Shown: in pieces, positions 18,841-28,371 of the stretch
Numbering within the stretch: position 1 is the first letter of the stretch
Layout: each line of letters opens with the position of its first letter
NCBI GenBank assembly: GCA_965223325.1
Contig: CBDCWI010000002.1
Coordinates: forward strand, 4,192,001-4,256,000
From: Candidatus Multivoradales bacterium
GTDB taxonomy: Bacteria > Acidobacteriota > Thermoanaerobaculia > Multivoradales > Multivoraceae
Length of the DNA: 64,000 bases
Direction of reading: 5' to 3'
The notes under the pieces: generated by a model
The model's input: only the letters and a program-made list of their open reading frames with translations
What the model was told of the DNA's origin: nothing
The model's database searches: none
Position numbers and translations under genes: made by a program

Positions 18841-20331
18841 GTGACCGACAGCTCGATCGAAAACAGTGGGGACCAGGACGCTTCGGCTCCAAGTGGTGCC
18901 GACGGGGGGCGCTCGCGCTCACGTCGGCCGCGTCGCAGACGGCGAGAGCGCGGCAGCCGGAGTGAGGGCGACTCGACTAGGAGGGCGCGCAGTGGTCGCG
19001 GCGGCCGTTCGAACGAGGCCGGTTCGCCGCTCAGGGTCCTCGCCCGCTCAGAGCATCCGATTTCGCGCAGCAATATCGATTCGTCGGCAACCAAGGTCCT
19101 GTATCGGCTGGATCGCAAGGGTCACAAGGCCTATCTCGTAGGCGGCAGCGTGCGTGACCTGATGCTCGGCGGCGAACCCAAGGACTTCGATGTCGCCACC
19201 GATGCCGAGCCCATCGAGGTTCGGCGCCTGTTCCGCAACTCACGCATCATCGGCCGACGCTTCCGTCTCGTTCATGTGATGTTCTCGGATGGCATCGTCG
19301 AGGTGGCTACGTTTCGGGCCAAGCCCGCACCTGGTGAGCAGAAGCGCAAAGACGGTGAGCTGTTGATCACCAGCGACAACACCTTCGGTACGCCGCGCGA
19401 AGACGCCTACCGTCGCGACTTCACGATCAACGCGCTCTTCTACGACGTCTCAGACTTTTCGGTGATCGACTACGTCGGCGGCATCGATGATCTCGAGAAG
19501 AGGGTCGTGCGCGTTATCGGCGATCCTGATGTTCGCTTCAAAGAAGATCCAGTGCGCATGCTTCGTGCCTGCGAGTTTGCGGGGCGGCTGGATTTCACCA
19601 TCGACGAAGAGACCCAGGCCGGCATTCGTCGCCAACGTCGCGAGATCGAGAAGGCGTCACCGGCTCGTTTGATCGAAGAGTTGCTTCAGCTTCTGCGCTC
19701 GGGGGCGGCGGCCCCGGCGGTGCAGTGGATGATCGACCTCGACCTGCTGCAGCTCCTCTTGCCGTTCCTCTACGTCTCAATTGTCGAGTTCACCGAGTCG
19801 GGGGACTTCTCCCGCATCTTGCCGGCAATCGACCGCGCGATCTCAGATGGCGCTGGCTACTCCGATGCAACCCTGCTCGCGGCACTCTTGGTTCCCGCCA
19901 TTGTCGAGGAGCGCTTCAAGCTCGAGAGCAAGAGCGGACACGGCGTGCCACGAAAGAGGTTGAACAAGCTGAATGAGCGCGCCATCGCGTCGTTGGGCAA
20001 ACGCTTTGCGCTCTCGAATGTCAAGACGCAACAGACGCTCAATACTCTCGACACGTTTCAGCGCATGTGCGAGCCGATAGAAGAAGAGCGCGACGCGCTT
20101 CATCTCGCCGGTCGATCATCGTTCTCGAGTGCTCTTGATCTCTTCGGGATTCTCGCCGAAGCGACCGGCGAGGGTCAGGATGCCTACGCCGAGTGGAAGA
20201 CACTCCGCGGCCGCGGAAAGCGCGGCGGTCCGCCGGAGCGCGAGGTGCGGCGCCGAAGTCGTGGCGGTCGCAACCGTGGTGGGCGCGGCAAAGGCGGGCG
20301 GGGTCGCCGGAAGTCCCGGACACGCAACTAG
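18841..20331 (+). CDS. pcnB: Poly(A) polymerase I
   Basis: LVGGSVRD..PKDFDVAT, PAP-specific IIGRRFRLVHV, RRDFTINA, EDPVRMLRA. Confidence 0.9.
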   Translation: MTDSSIENSGDQDASAPSGADGGRSRSRRPRRRRRERGSRSEGDSTRRARSGRGGRSNEAGSPLRVLARSEHPISRSNIDSSATKVLYRLDRKGHKAYLVGGSVRDLMLGGEPKDFDVATDAEPIEVRRLFRNSRIIGRRFRLVHVMFSDGIVEVATFRAKPAPGEQKRKDGELLITSDNTFGTPREDAYRRDFTINALFYDVSDFSVIDYVGGIDDLEKRVVRVIGDPDVRFKEDPVRMLRACEFAGRLDFTIDEETQAGIRRQRREIEKASPARLIEELLQLLRSGAAAPAVQWMIDLDLLQLLLPFLYVSIVEFTESGDFSRILPAIDRAISDGAGYSDATLLAALLVPAIVEERFKLESKSGHGVPRKRLNKLNERAIASLGKRFALSNVKTQQTLNTLDTFQRMCEPIEEERDALHLAGRSSFSSALDLFGILAEATGEGQDAYAEWKTLRGRGKRGGPPEREVRRRSRGGRNRGGRGKGGRGRRKSRTRN

Positions 20332-20345
20332 CCTTCCGCCCAACG

Positions 20346-21875
20346 TCAGAAAATCCGGAACCACCAGTCGAAGATCTGGGTGACGAGTGGGCTCAGTTTT
20401 GTTCGTCGCCACTTGCCGGCGGCCTTTTTGAAGACCTCGCCTTGCGTTGGGTAGGGGAAGATCGTATTGGCGAACTTGCCCAGGCCAATGCCGTTGGTGA
20501 TCGCCAGGCAGGCTGGGCCGATCATGTCGCCGGCATGTTCGGCGACCAGGGTGGTGCCGAGAATTCTGTCGGTTCCCTTGGCCAGAACGACGCGCAGGAA
20601 GCCCTCGGTCTGGCCGTCGAGAAGGGCACGGTCGACGTCGTGCATGGGCACATCGATGACATCGACGGCGATCCCCTTCTTGTCGGCTTCATGTCGATAC
20701 ATGCCGACGTGGGCGATCTCTGGGCTGGTGTAGGTGCACCACGGCACGACCAGGTCGGGATGCTTCTTGCGACCGAAGAAGAGCGCGTTCTGGATGACGA
20801 TTGCGGCATGAGCGTCGGCCAGGTGAGTGAACTTCAACGACTGGACGACATCACCTGCGGCGTAGATGCGCGGGTTCGTTGTTCGCAGGCGATCGTCGGT
20901 TTTGACACCGGCGCGGTCGCTTTCTACGCCCACGACTTCGAGGCCGAGACCCTCGATGTTGGGCTTGCGGCCCACTGCGACCAGCAGTTCGCTGCCTAGT
21001 GCTTCGCCCCCGGTGCCGCCGGTGGGCCCAGAGCCGTTGCGCTCGAAGAGAACCGCCTTCTTGCCGCCTTCGCGGGCTTCAACGCCAGTGACTTTGACGC
21101 CGAGATCGAGGGTGACCCCGTCGGCGATCAGCGCTTCCTGGACGATATGGGCGGCATCGGCGTCTTCGCGCACCAGGACGTGGTCGGCCATGTCGAGCAG
21201 GGTGACGCGGGTGCCGAGGCGGGCAAAAGCCTGCGCCATTTCGCACCCGATCGGGCCGGCGCCGATGATCGCCAGACTGTCGGGCTTCTCGGTGAGGCTG
21301 AATAGGGTCTCATTGGTCAGGTACTCGACCGAGTCGAGGCCGGGAATCGGTGGCGCGGCGGCGCGCGCGCCGGTAGCGATGACGGCCTTCTTGAAACGCA
21401 GGGTCAATCCGTCGACTTCGACCGTGTCGCGGCCGGTGAACTTGCCATCACCCAGGAAGACATCGACACCCTCATCCTGGAAACGCTGTGCTCCGTCGAT
21501 GTGGCTGATGTCGGCGCGCAGTCGCCGCATACGCTCCATGGCCTTGCCGAAGTCACCGTCTCCCGACTGTTCGGGCGCGCCAAACTCGCGTTTTGTTCGA
21601 TCCTCCCAGGCACGCGCTGCGCTGATGATGCCCTTAGAAGGTACGCAACCGACGTTCAGGCAGTCGCCGCCCATCCAGTGGCGCTCGATGAGCGCTACCT
21701 TGGCGCCCAGGCCGGCCGCCACGATGGCGGTGACCAGGCCGGCGGTTCCAGCGCCGATGACGACCAGGTGGTAGCGCTCCTCTGGGGTCGGGTTCTGCCA
21801 GTCGAGCGGATGGACGTGGGCGACCAGCCGCTGGTTGTGCTCGTCGAAAGGCTGCATCTCGAGATGGGCGTTCAT
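20346..21875 (-). CDS. Pyridine nucleotide-disulfide oxidoreductase (MerA/Lpd-like, no C-terminal Cys pair)
   Basis: GAGTAG, GGDCLNVGCVPSK redox disulfide, GAGPIG, YPTQGE. Confidence 0.88.
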   Translation of the reverse strand: MNAHLEMQPFDEHNQRLVAHVHPLDWQNPTPEERYHLVVIGAGTAGLVTAIVAAGLGAKVALIERHWMGGDCLNVGCVPSKGIISAARAWEDRTKREFGAPEQSGDGDFGKAMERMRRLRADISHIDGAQRFQDEGVDVFLGDGKFTGRDTVEVDGLTLRFKKAVIATGARAAAPPIPGLDSVEYLTNETLFSLTEKPDSLAIIGAGPIGCEMAQAFARLGTRVTLLDMADHVLVREDADAAHIVQEALIADGVTLDLGVKVTGVEAREGGKKAVLFERNGSGPTGGTGGEALGSELLVAVGRKPNIEGLGLEVVGVESDRAGVKTDDRLRTTNPRIYAAGDVVQSLKFTHLADAHAAIVIQNALFFGRKKHPDLVVPWCTYTSPEIAHVGMYRHEADKKGIAVDVIDVPMHDVDRALLDGQTEGFLRVVLAKGTDRILGTTLVAEHAGDMIGPACLAITNGIGLGKFANTIFPYPTQGEVFKKAAGKWRRTKLSPLVTQIFDWWFRIF

Positions 21876-22603
21876 GCGCTTGGCTCCAGGGCAGATTCGA
21901 CATCGCTGGCTTCGGCGAGAGCGCGTCGTGCGATGCGGGTGACGACGATCGTGACAATGAGCGTCGCGAGGAGACCAGCGCCGAGAAACGCCCACTCTGC
22001 CGGGCTTCGCCCGCCGCCGTCGCTGTCTCCAACTGCGCCGGCGACAGTCGAGGCGGCACTGCCGAGGTAGACGTAGAGCAGGGTGCCGGGCAGCATGCCG
22101 AGGCACGCGACGACGTAGTGCCAGAGCTTGACTCGCGTCAAGCCCAGCCCGTAGTTGAGCCACACGAAGGGGAAGACCGGCGAGAGGCGCAGCAGGGTGA
22201 CGATCTTCAGGCCTTCGCGGCCGACGGCGTCATCGATGGCGGCGAACTTCTCGTTGTTCCCAAGACGATTCTCGATGGCGTCGCGCGCCAGGTAGCGCCC
22301 GATCAGAAACGCAGCCGTTGCTCCCAGGGACGCGCCGACGAAGACGGTCGCCGTTCCTTTCGCGACCCCGAAGAGAGCGCCGCCGGCAAGCGTCAGAATC
22401 GTGCCGGGCACCAGGGCCACCGCGGCTGCCGCATAGGCCAGCGCAAAGACCACCGGGCCCCAGAACCCGAGGTCGTCGACCCACTGGGTGAAGTCGCTGA
22501 GGTAGCTGGCCAGGTCGAAGTACCAGGCAGATACGGCTAGAGCGATGATCGCGACCGCAAAGATCGCCAGCTTGATCGAAGAGTTGCCTTGGTTGTCCTT
22601 CAT
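21872..22603 (-). CDS. TVP38/TMEM64 (VTT, DedA-superfamily) membrane protein
   Basis: VPGTILTLAGGALFG, GATAAFLIGRYL, LLRLSPVFPF..NY; 4-bp overlap with the oxidoreductase. Confidence 0.9.
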   Translation of the reverse strand: MKDNQGNSSIKLAIFAVAIIALAVSAWYFDLASYLSDFTQWVDDLGFWGPVVFALAYAAAAVALVPGTILTLAGGALFGVAKGTATVFVGASLGATAAFLIGRYLARDAIENRLGNNEKFAAIDDAVGREGLKIVTLLRLSPVFPFVWLNYGLGLTRVKLWHYVVACLGMLPGTLLYVYLGSAASTVAGAVGDSDGGGRSPAEWAFLGAGLLATLIVTIVVTRIARRALAEASDVESALEPSA

Positions 22604-22646
22604 GTCGATGGTCTCGAGGGTGGGGGCCCTGTCTGTTTCATCTGGC

Positions 22647-22675
22647 CTTACGTAGCGGTGTGGGCAGCCGGTTCA
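22647..22675 (-). promoter_or_regulatory. Candidate ECF-sigma promoter for the TVP38-oxidoreductase operon
   Basis: Minus strand TGAACC-n17-CGTAAG, about 45 bp upstream of the start. Confidence 0.5.
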
Positions 22676-22700
22676 ATCGGCCGAAGGCCCGCATCCGGTT

Positions 22701-24206
22701 CTAGGAACCTTGATGCTTTTCGCCGAGCAGGTCGAAGACCGACTTGACCGGCGCGAAGACGTTGCCCGGGATCTCGACGAAGACTGTGTTCCAACCTCCC
22801 ATTGCGCCATTCCAGAGCCCCGGGCGTTCGAGCGCCCGCAGCCGGCGGCCGTTGCGGCTCTTGCGCGCCACGAACCATGCGTTCGGGTCGACGAACGCTT
22901 CGAGGTCCCAGGCTGCGCCGTAGCGGTCACGAAGGGCGCAAGCCATCTCGACCGGATTGAAGTGGGTGGACGCATCGAGGGCTCGTCGCGAGGTTGGATC
23001 GTGCGTGTCGATCTGTGCACCTTCGACGATCTGAAGCGACTCGCCCAGGGAGTCGTCGCGCACCCAGAAGGGGCCGCCGCCGACGTCGCCCGAAGCGGGC
23101 ACCATGCCACAGATGCGCAGCGGACGCTCGAGCACCGTGACGAGAGCCAGGCGGCAGAGTTCATCGTTCTCCTGTAAGAGGGCCGAAGCGCCGGCTCGTT
23201 GTAGCTCCCGCTCGGCGAAGTGCGCGATGCGGCCGAGGTCTCCGGAGCTGATCGCCGGATCGTCAAGCTGTGCCAGGCGCTCGTGGACGCGGACCTCGAG
23301 AGACGCCAGCATGCCGAGCAGGTGGCGCTCGACAAGAACCGATTGCTCTTGCTGATCTTCGGGCAGGATGTTGTCGATGTTGCGGACGGTGACCAGGTCT
23401 GCACCGCGTTTGGCGAAGCGGCTGAGGTTGCCGATCAAGGCGCCATGGCCGCCGGGGCGGAGTAGGAGTGTGCCGTCTTCTTCTCGGAAGGGCTGGTTGC
23501 CCGGCGCCAGGGCGAGCGTGTCGGTCGCTCTGCTCTGGTTGGAAAAGTCGACTTCGAGACGCACGTCATGGCGTTCTTCGACGGCCCGCCTCACCAGGCA
23601 CAGCTGCCTCTCGAACGCCGGCTGGTGCTCTGCTGAAACCGTGAAGTGCACGTGACAGCGGGACACGCCGGCCGACGACTGAACGACCTGGGCCGCTTCG
23701 CGGAGATGGTCCTCGAAGGCGGTGTGCGCATCTGCGCCTGCACTGCGATGGAAGGGCACCAGACCCTTGGGCAGCCCGGCAAGGCCCAGGCCATCTTCTG
23801 AGAGGGCGTGGCGGAGGAGGGCAGCTGGGTCGGTTTCGACCACCCCATCAGGGTCGCTGAACGGAAAAGCTGCCCATTCCTCATGGAAGCGAATCGCATC
23901 GGGATGCCGGGCGGGATCGTCCTGCCCCAGGGCTTCGAGCAAACCCGCGAACATGCGCGTCGCCGCGCCCGAGGCGGGCACAAAACGCGCGATGCGTCCG
24001 GCCGCGGCAGCCGCTTCGAAGGCCGCCAACACCTCGTTGTCGTCAGCAACCAGGTGGCGGATTCCGTCGCCACGCGTCGCCGGCCGAACCAGGGGGGCGG
24101 CTTCGGGAGGTCGCACGAGAAGCTCCATCTGCCGTGCCGCTTCCGTGGCGCTGATTCCTCGCTCCTCCAACCACGCGAGGTCCGCTTCGGAGAGCAGCGA
24201 CGTCAT
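22701..24206 (-). CDS. DUF4301 family protein (nucleotidyltransferase-like)
   Basis: FVPASGAATRMF, LPKGLVPFH, RPGGHGAL, NIDN, GGGPFWV, THFNPV, LERPGLWNGAM. Confidence 0.85.
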   Translation of the reverse strand: MTSLLSEADLAWLEERGISATEAARQMELLVRPPEAAPLVRPATRGDGIRHLVADDNEVLAAFEAAAAAGRIARFVPASGAATRMFAGLLEALGQDDPARHPDAIRFHEEWAAFPFSDPDGVVETDPAALLRHALSEDGLGLAGLPKGLVPFHRSAGADAHTAFEDHLREAAQVVQSSAGVSRCHVHFTVSAEHQPAFERQLCLVRRAVEERHDVRLEVDFSNQSRATDTLALAPGNQPFREEDGTLLLRPGGHGALIGNLSRFAKRGADLVTVRNIDNILPEDQQEQSVLVERHLLGMLASLEVRVHERLAQLDDPAISSGDLGRIAHFAERELQRAGASALLQENDELCRLALVTVLERPLRICGMVPASGDVGGGPFWVRDDSLGESLQIVEGAQIDTHDPTSRRALDASTHFNPVEMACALRDRYGAAWDLEAFVDPNAWFVARKSRNGRRLRALERPGLWNGAMGGWNTVFVEIPGNVFAPVKSVFDLLGEKHQGS

Positions 24207-24754
24207 GCGAACACGGGCAGCCGGTCACTGAGTTCGGTGACTCTTGGCGCGCTGCGATCGCGATCGGAAAGCTGGGGGTCGGCGAGGGGCCACTCGATGC
24301 CGATATCGGGATCGTTCCAGGCGAGGGTGATTTCATCTTCGGGAACGTAGATGTCGGTGCACTTGTATTCGACCTGCGCTCTTTTGCTGAGCACACAGAA
24401 GCCGTGTGCATGCCCGGGTGGAATCCACAGCTGATGGTGGTTCTCGGCCGAGAGCTCGACTCCAAACCACTGGAGGAAGGTCGGGGAGCCACGTCTGATG
24501 TCGACCGCGACGTCGAACACCGTGCCTTCGATGCAACGCACCAGCTTGCCCTGCGCTCTCTCCACCTGCGTGTGGAGGCCGCGCAGGATTCCGGCCTCTG
24601 ACAGCGAGTGGTTGTCCTGGACGAACGGTCCGCCGATGCCGGCTTCCGCGTAGCGCTCCTGATGCCAGGTCTCGATGAAGAAGCCGCGTGAGTCGCCATG
24701 CACGCGCGGTTTGATGAGACGAACGCCGGGCAGGCTTGTCGCTTCGGTTTCCAT
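24203..24754 (-). CDS. rfbC: dTDP-4-dehydrorhamnose 3,5-epimerase
   Basis: DSRGFF, FVQDNHS, LRGLH, QGKLVR, AHGF. Confidence 0.96.
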   Translation of the reverse strand: METEATSLPGVRLIKPRVHGDSRGFFIETWHQERYAEAGIGGPFVQDNHSLSEAGILRGLHTQVERAQGKLVRCIEGTVFDVAVDIRRGSPTFLQWFGVELSAENHHQLWIPPGHAHGFCVLSKRAQVEYKCTDIYVPEDEITLAWNDPDIGIEWPLADPQLSDRDRSAPRVTELSDRLPVFA

Positions 24755-24760
24755 GGCTGG

Positions 24761-25663
24761 TTAGACGACGTCTTCCGACGTCAGTTCGGCGAGCGTTCGG
24801 AGGATGTACTGACCGTAGTCGTTGTTCTTCATCGCGCGCGCCAGCTTCTCGGTCTGTTCGGCGGTCAGAAAGCCCTGGCGGAATGCGATCTCCTCGAGAC
24901 AGGCCACTTTGATGCCCTGACGCTCTTCGATGGCGGCGATGAAGTTCGAAGCCTGAAGCAACGACTCGTGGGTGCCGGTGTCGAGCCAGGCGATGCCGCG
25001 ACCCAGCAGCTCGACAGCCAGCGCATCCTTCTCCAGGTAGGCGCGGTTCAAGTCGGTGATCTCGAGCTCGCCGCGCGCCGAAGGCTCGAGTGCCGCCGCC
25101 ATCTCGACCACCTGGCCGTCATAGAAGTAGAGCCCGGGCACGGCGTAGGGCGACTCCGGTGTCTTGGGCTTCTCGACCAGCGAGACGGCCTTTTTGTTGC
25201 GGTCAAAAGACACCACCCCGTAGCGCTCGGGGTCCTTGACCCGGTAGCCGAAGATCGTGCCGCCTTCGGTGCGTTGGGTGGCGCGCTCGAGGATCCCCGA
25301 CAGACCGTGACCGTGGAAAATGTTGTCGCCGAGTGCCAGGACGACCGGTTCACCGTTCAGGAAACCGACGTCGCGGCCGATCAGAAACGCCTGGGCAATA
25401 CCCTCCGGGCGCGGCTGGACCGCCCAGGTGATCGCCAGGCCGAGCTCTCCGCCGTCGCCGAGCAATCGCTGGAAGGCGGGCTGGTCTTCGGCGGTGGTGA
25501 TGATCAAGATCTCGTGCACGCCGGCCATCATCAGAATCGACAGCGGGTAGAAGACCATCGGCTTGTCGTAGACCGGAACCAGCTGCTTGGACACCGCGCG
25601 GGTGACCGGGTGGAGCCGGGTGCCGGAGCCACCGGCGAGAAGAATGCCTTTGCGCTCGTTCAT
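24761..25663 (-). CDS. rfbA: Glucose-1-phosphate thymidylyltransferase
   Basis: [47 protein letters not shown]. Confidence 0.97.
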   Translation of the reverse strand: MNERKGILLAGGSGTRLHPVTRAVSKQLVPVYDKPMVFYPLSILMMAGVHEILIITTAEDQPAFQRLLGDGGELGLAITWAVQPRPEGIAQAFLIGRDVGFLNGEPVVLALGDNIFHGHGLSGILERATQRTEGGTIFGYRVKDPERYGVVSFDRNKKAVSLVEKPKTPESPYAVPGLYFYDGQVVEMAAALEPSARGELEITDLNRAYLEKDALAVELLGRGIAWLDTGTHESLLQASNFIAAIEERQGIKVACLEEIAFRQGFLTAEQTEKLARAMKNNDYGQYILRTLAELTSEDVV

Positions 25664-25666
25664 CCC

Positions 25667-26821
25667 TTAGCTCGCTACAGTGTTTCGCTGCGTTTTCTCG
25701 GTGGCACTACCGAGACCGAGGCGGACGCGCTCGTTTCCGCTCTGCACTGCGTTGCACCATTCGCGGTTTTCGAGGTACCAGACGACTGTCGCCTCGATCC
25801 CTTCTTCGAACGAACGCTGGGGCTGCCAGCCGAGTTCGGTCTCGATGCGGGTCGGATCGATGGCGTAGCGACGATCGTGGCCCGGCCGGTCCTTGACGAA
25901 CCTCTTGAGCTCGTCGTAGCTGGTCATGCCGCGCGCCTCGAGATGCTCGTTCTCGGCTGCCGGCGCGTGCTTTTCGAGTGCCGCACAGATCGCTGCGATG
26001 ACTTCGAGGTTGTTGCGTTCGCCGTGTCCGCCAATGTTGTAGCTACGCAGCGCCTCGCCTTTCTCGAGAACGCTCAAGATGCCCAGGCAGTGATCTTCGA
26101 CGTGCAGCCAGTCGCGCACGTTCAGGCCGTCGCCGTAGATCGGCAGGTCGCGACCCTCGAGGGCGTTGAGGATCATCACCGGAATGAGCTTCTCAGGGTA
26201 TTGATAGGGCCCGTAGTTGTTCGAGCAGTTGGTCAACAGCACCGGTAGGTCGTAGGTGTGACCGTAGGCGCTCACCAGGTGGTCGGCTGCGGCCTTCGAC
26301 GCCGAGTAGGGCGAGCGCGGATCGTAGGGTGTGGTCTCGCTGAAGGCGCCTTCCGCCCCCAGGCTCCCGAAGACCTCGTCGGTCGAGATGTGTAGGAAGC
26401 ACACCCCGGGGGAGTCCGACGAACGTCGCTCTTCGGTGGCGCGGCGGGTGGCCTCGAGCAGTTCGAAAGTGCCGACGACGTTGGTGCGGACGAAGGCACC
26501 CGGGTCATCGATCGAACGGTCGACGTGGCTCTCGGCGGCGAAGTTGATCACCGCATCGGGAGTGTGCGATTCGAAGACCGCCTGCACCGCTTCACGATCG
26601 GCGATGTCACCCTCGACGAAGGTGAAGCGTTCGTCGTCCCGGCAGGACTCGAGATTCTCGAGATGCCCGGCGTAGGTGAGCTTGTCGAGGACCACCAGGC
26701 GCTCGAGGCCCGCTACTGGAGCTTGGTCGGCAAGCGCCAGACGCACGAAGTTGGAGCCGATGAAACCGGCCCCGCCGGTCACCAGCCAGGTGCCCGGAGT
26801 GCGTGATGCGCCTTTTGACAT
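25667..26821 (-). CDS. rfbB: dTDP-glucose 4,6-dehydratase
   Basis: TGGAGFIG, DKLTYAG, AAESHVDRSI, STDEV, YSASK, DRPGHDRRY. Confidence 0.97.
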   Translation of the reverse strand: MSKGASRTPGTWLVTGGAGFIGSNFVRLALADQAPVAGLERLVVLDKLTYAGHLENLESCRDDERFTFVEGDIADREAVQAVFESHTPDAVINFAAESHVDRSIDDPGAFVRTNVVGTFELLEATRRATEERRSSDSPGVCFLHISTDEVFGSLGAEGAFSETTPYDPRSPYSASKAAADHLVSAYGHTYDLPVLLTNCSNNYGPYQYPEKLIPVMILNALEGRDLPIYGDGLNVRDWLHVEDHCLGILSVLEKGEALRSYNIGGHGERNNLEVIAAICAALEKHAPAAENEHLEARGMTSYDELKRFVKDRPGHDRRYAIDPTRIETELGWQPQRSFEEGIEATVVWYLENREWCNAVQSGNERVRLGLGSATEKTQRNTVAS

Positions 26822-26850
26822 GGCTGGGACCCTACAACAGCCGGGGGTGC

Positions 26851-27213
26851 CTACCGCAGGGCTTGCCAGGCAAAGAGGGCGAACGCCACTATCATTGCGG
26901 CGCCACCGATCGGGGTGATTGCGCCGAGCCAGCGCGGCCCACCCAGCGCAAGGCCGAAGACCGTGGCTGCAAAGAGCGCCGACCCCGTAGCCAGGACGAT
27001 CGGCGCCACACCAACGGGGCGGTTCTGGGCCAAAGGTGCAACCGTGAGGAGGAGCACACCGAGACCGCCGTACATGAGGTAGCGCGCCGCCGTTTCCCAC
27101 TGCTGGAGCTCATGAGGGATGAGCCGATCGCGCAGACCATGGGCACCAAAGGCGCCAGCGGCCACGGACAGCGCGCACAGCAGCGCGCCGGCAGCGAGCA
27201 GGCGAGCGGTCAT
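26851..27213 (-). CDS. DUF423 family membrane protein
   Basis: AGAFGAHGL, WETA.RY, LGAITPIGG. Confidence 0.88.
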   Translation of the reverse strand: MTARLLAAGALLCALSVAAGAFGAHGLRDRLIPHELQQWETAARYLMYGGLGVLLLTVAPLAQNRPVGVAPIVLATGSALFAATVFGLALGGPRWLGAITPIGGAAMIVAFALFAWQALR

Positions 27214-28214
27214 CAGGCTAGGACCTGTTGCACGGCGCCCAGAACCTTATCGTGCAGGAGGCCGTTGGTGGCGATGACGCCGCGGTTGCGATCGAGAGTG
27301 CGCCCGATCGAAAAGTCGAGTGATTCGCCACGAACGTCGGTGACGCGCCCGCCCGCCTCCTCGACGACCACGACGCCGGCGGCGTGGTCCCAGATCTTTT
27401 CGCGGTAGGTGTCGGACTTGGGGAGGCGCAGGTAGATCGACGCCTGCCCGCGTGCTACGGCGGCGTACTTGCACTGGCTGTCCATGCGCACGGGAGTCGC
27501 TTCGACGCCGAGAACTGTCGCGATCTTCGAGTGGTCGTCGTGAGCCGAGTGAGCAGCCTCGACCGATTCACAAAACGATGCCTGACGCGGATCGTCGATC
27601 TGCGAAGCGCGGATGGTGTTGCCTTCGGATTGCGGCGTCCAGCCGGCAATGTTGACCTGCCTGGCGCCCTGGCCCCGCGATGCCGAGAACATGACCCCCC
27701 GTAGAGCGGCGGCGATGTCGCCCTCGGCGTCAGGTCGCACCGGCATCCACGGGCAGCCGAGAACGCCGAGGGAGGGAACACCGTCATCGAGCAGCGCTAG
27801 CGCGACGGCGTATTGCTCCCCGCGAAGAAACCCTTTGGTGCCGTCGATCGGGTCGAGCACCCAGCGTTGGCCAGTTGCGCCGCCCGGGTCGCTGCCAGCG
27901 TCGATCGCGTCGAGCACCGTGTCGGTGGAGATGTCCTCGCCGAGAATTCCGCGTACCTGCGCAACGACTTTGTTGCACAGCTCCCTGCCGTTTTCAGCCC
28001 GGAGCATGGCGGCATCTTCTTCGCCGACCATCGGTAGGTCTGAACCACCCTCGGCGAGGGTGAGAGACACCACGGCCTGGGCGCCGAAGTCGGCCACCGT
28101 GACGGGCGAACGGTCATCTTTGGTTGCCGAGGTCACCAGGTCGCGGCGAACTGCCTGGCAGAGCCGACTAGCGCGCTGGGCGGCCAGGGTGGCGAGGGAG
28201 AGTAGGTCGTTCAA
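27213..28214 (-). CDS. 3'(2'),5'-bisphosphate nucleotidase (HAL2/SAL1 type)
   Basis: KDDRSPVTVADF, GEED, WVLDPIDGTKGF, DSQCKY, IWDHAAG. Confidence 0.9.
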   Translation of the reverse strand: MNDLLSLATLAAQRASRLCQAVRRDLVTSATKDDRSPVTVADFGAQAVVSLTLAEGGSDLPMVGEEDAAMLRAENGRELCNKVVAQVRGILGEDISTDTVLDAIDAGSDPGGATGQRWVLDPIDGTKGFLRGEQYAVALALLDDGVPSLGVLGCPWMPVRPDAEGDIAAALRGVMFSASRGQGARQVNIAGWTPQSEGNTIRASQIDDPRQASFCESVEAAHSAHDDHSKIATVLGVEATPVRMDSQCKYAAVARGQASIYLRLPKSDTYREKIWDHAAGVVVVEEAGGRVTDVRGESLDFSIGRTLDRNRGVIATNGLLHDKVLGAVQQVLA

Positions 28215-28371
28215 GGTTGCGGCGCTCCTGGAGAACTGGTCCTGCGGTAGGGGACGGTCGTGTTCGAGGGAGCGTATCCGCCGCGGAAGTGGTTGCGGGG
28301 GTTTCTGCGGCCATTCTGAAAAGATCGCTGGGACTGTCTCGCCTCCTTCAGCATCGTCCTTCGAGGTCCGA

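Noticed and set aside
21876-22163. Apparent N-terminal extension or fusion of the MerA-like ORF
   Set aside because: Out-of-frame overlap with TVP38; a clean ATGA coupling at 21872-21875 indicates two genes.
24698-26248. 516-aa + strand ORF antisense to rfbA/rfbB
   Set aside because: Typical antisense shadow ORF of high-GC coding DNA; no motifs, and the minus strand genes are unambiguous.
27613-28371. N-terminal 253 aa of the 506-aa GT2 ORF
   Set aside because: Overlaps the HAL2-like gene on the opposite strand; GT2 homology starts at ATG 28372.
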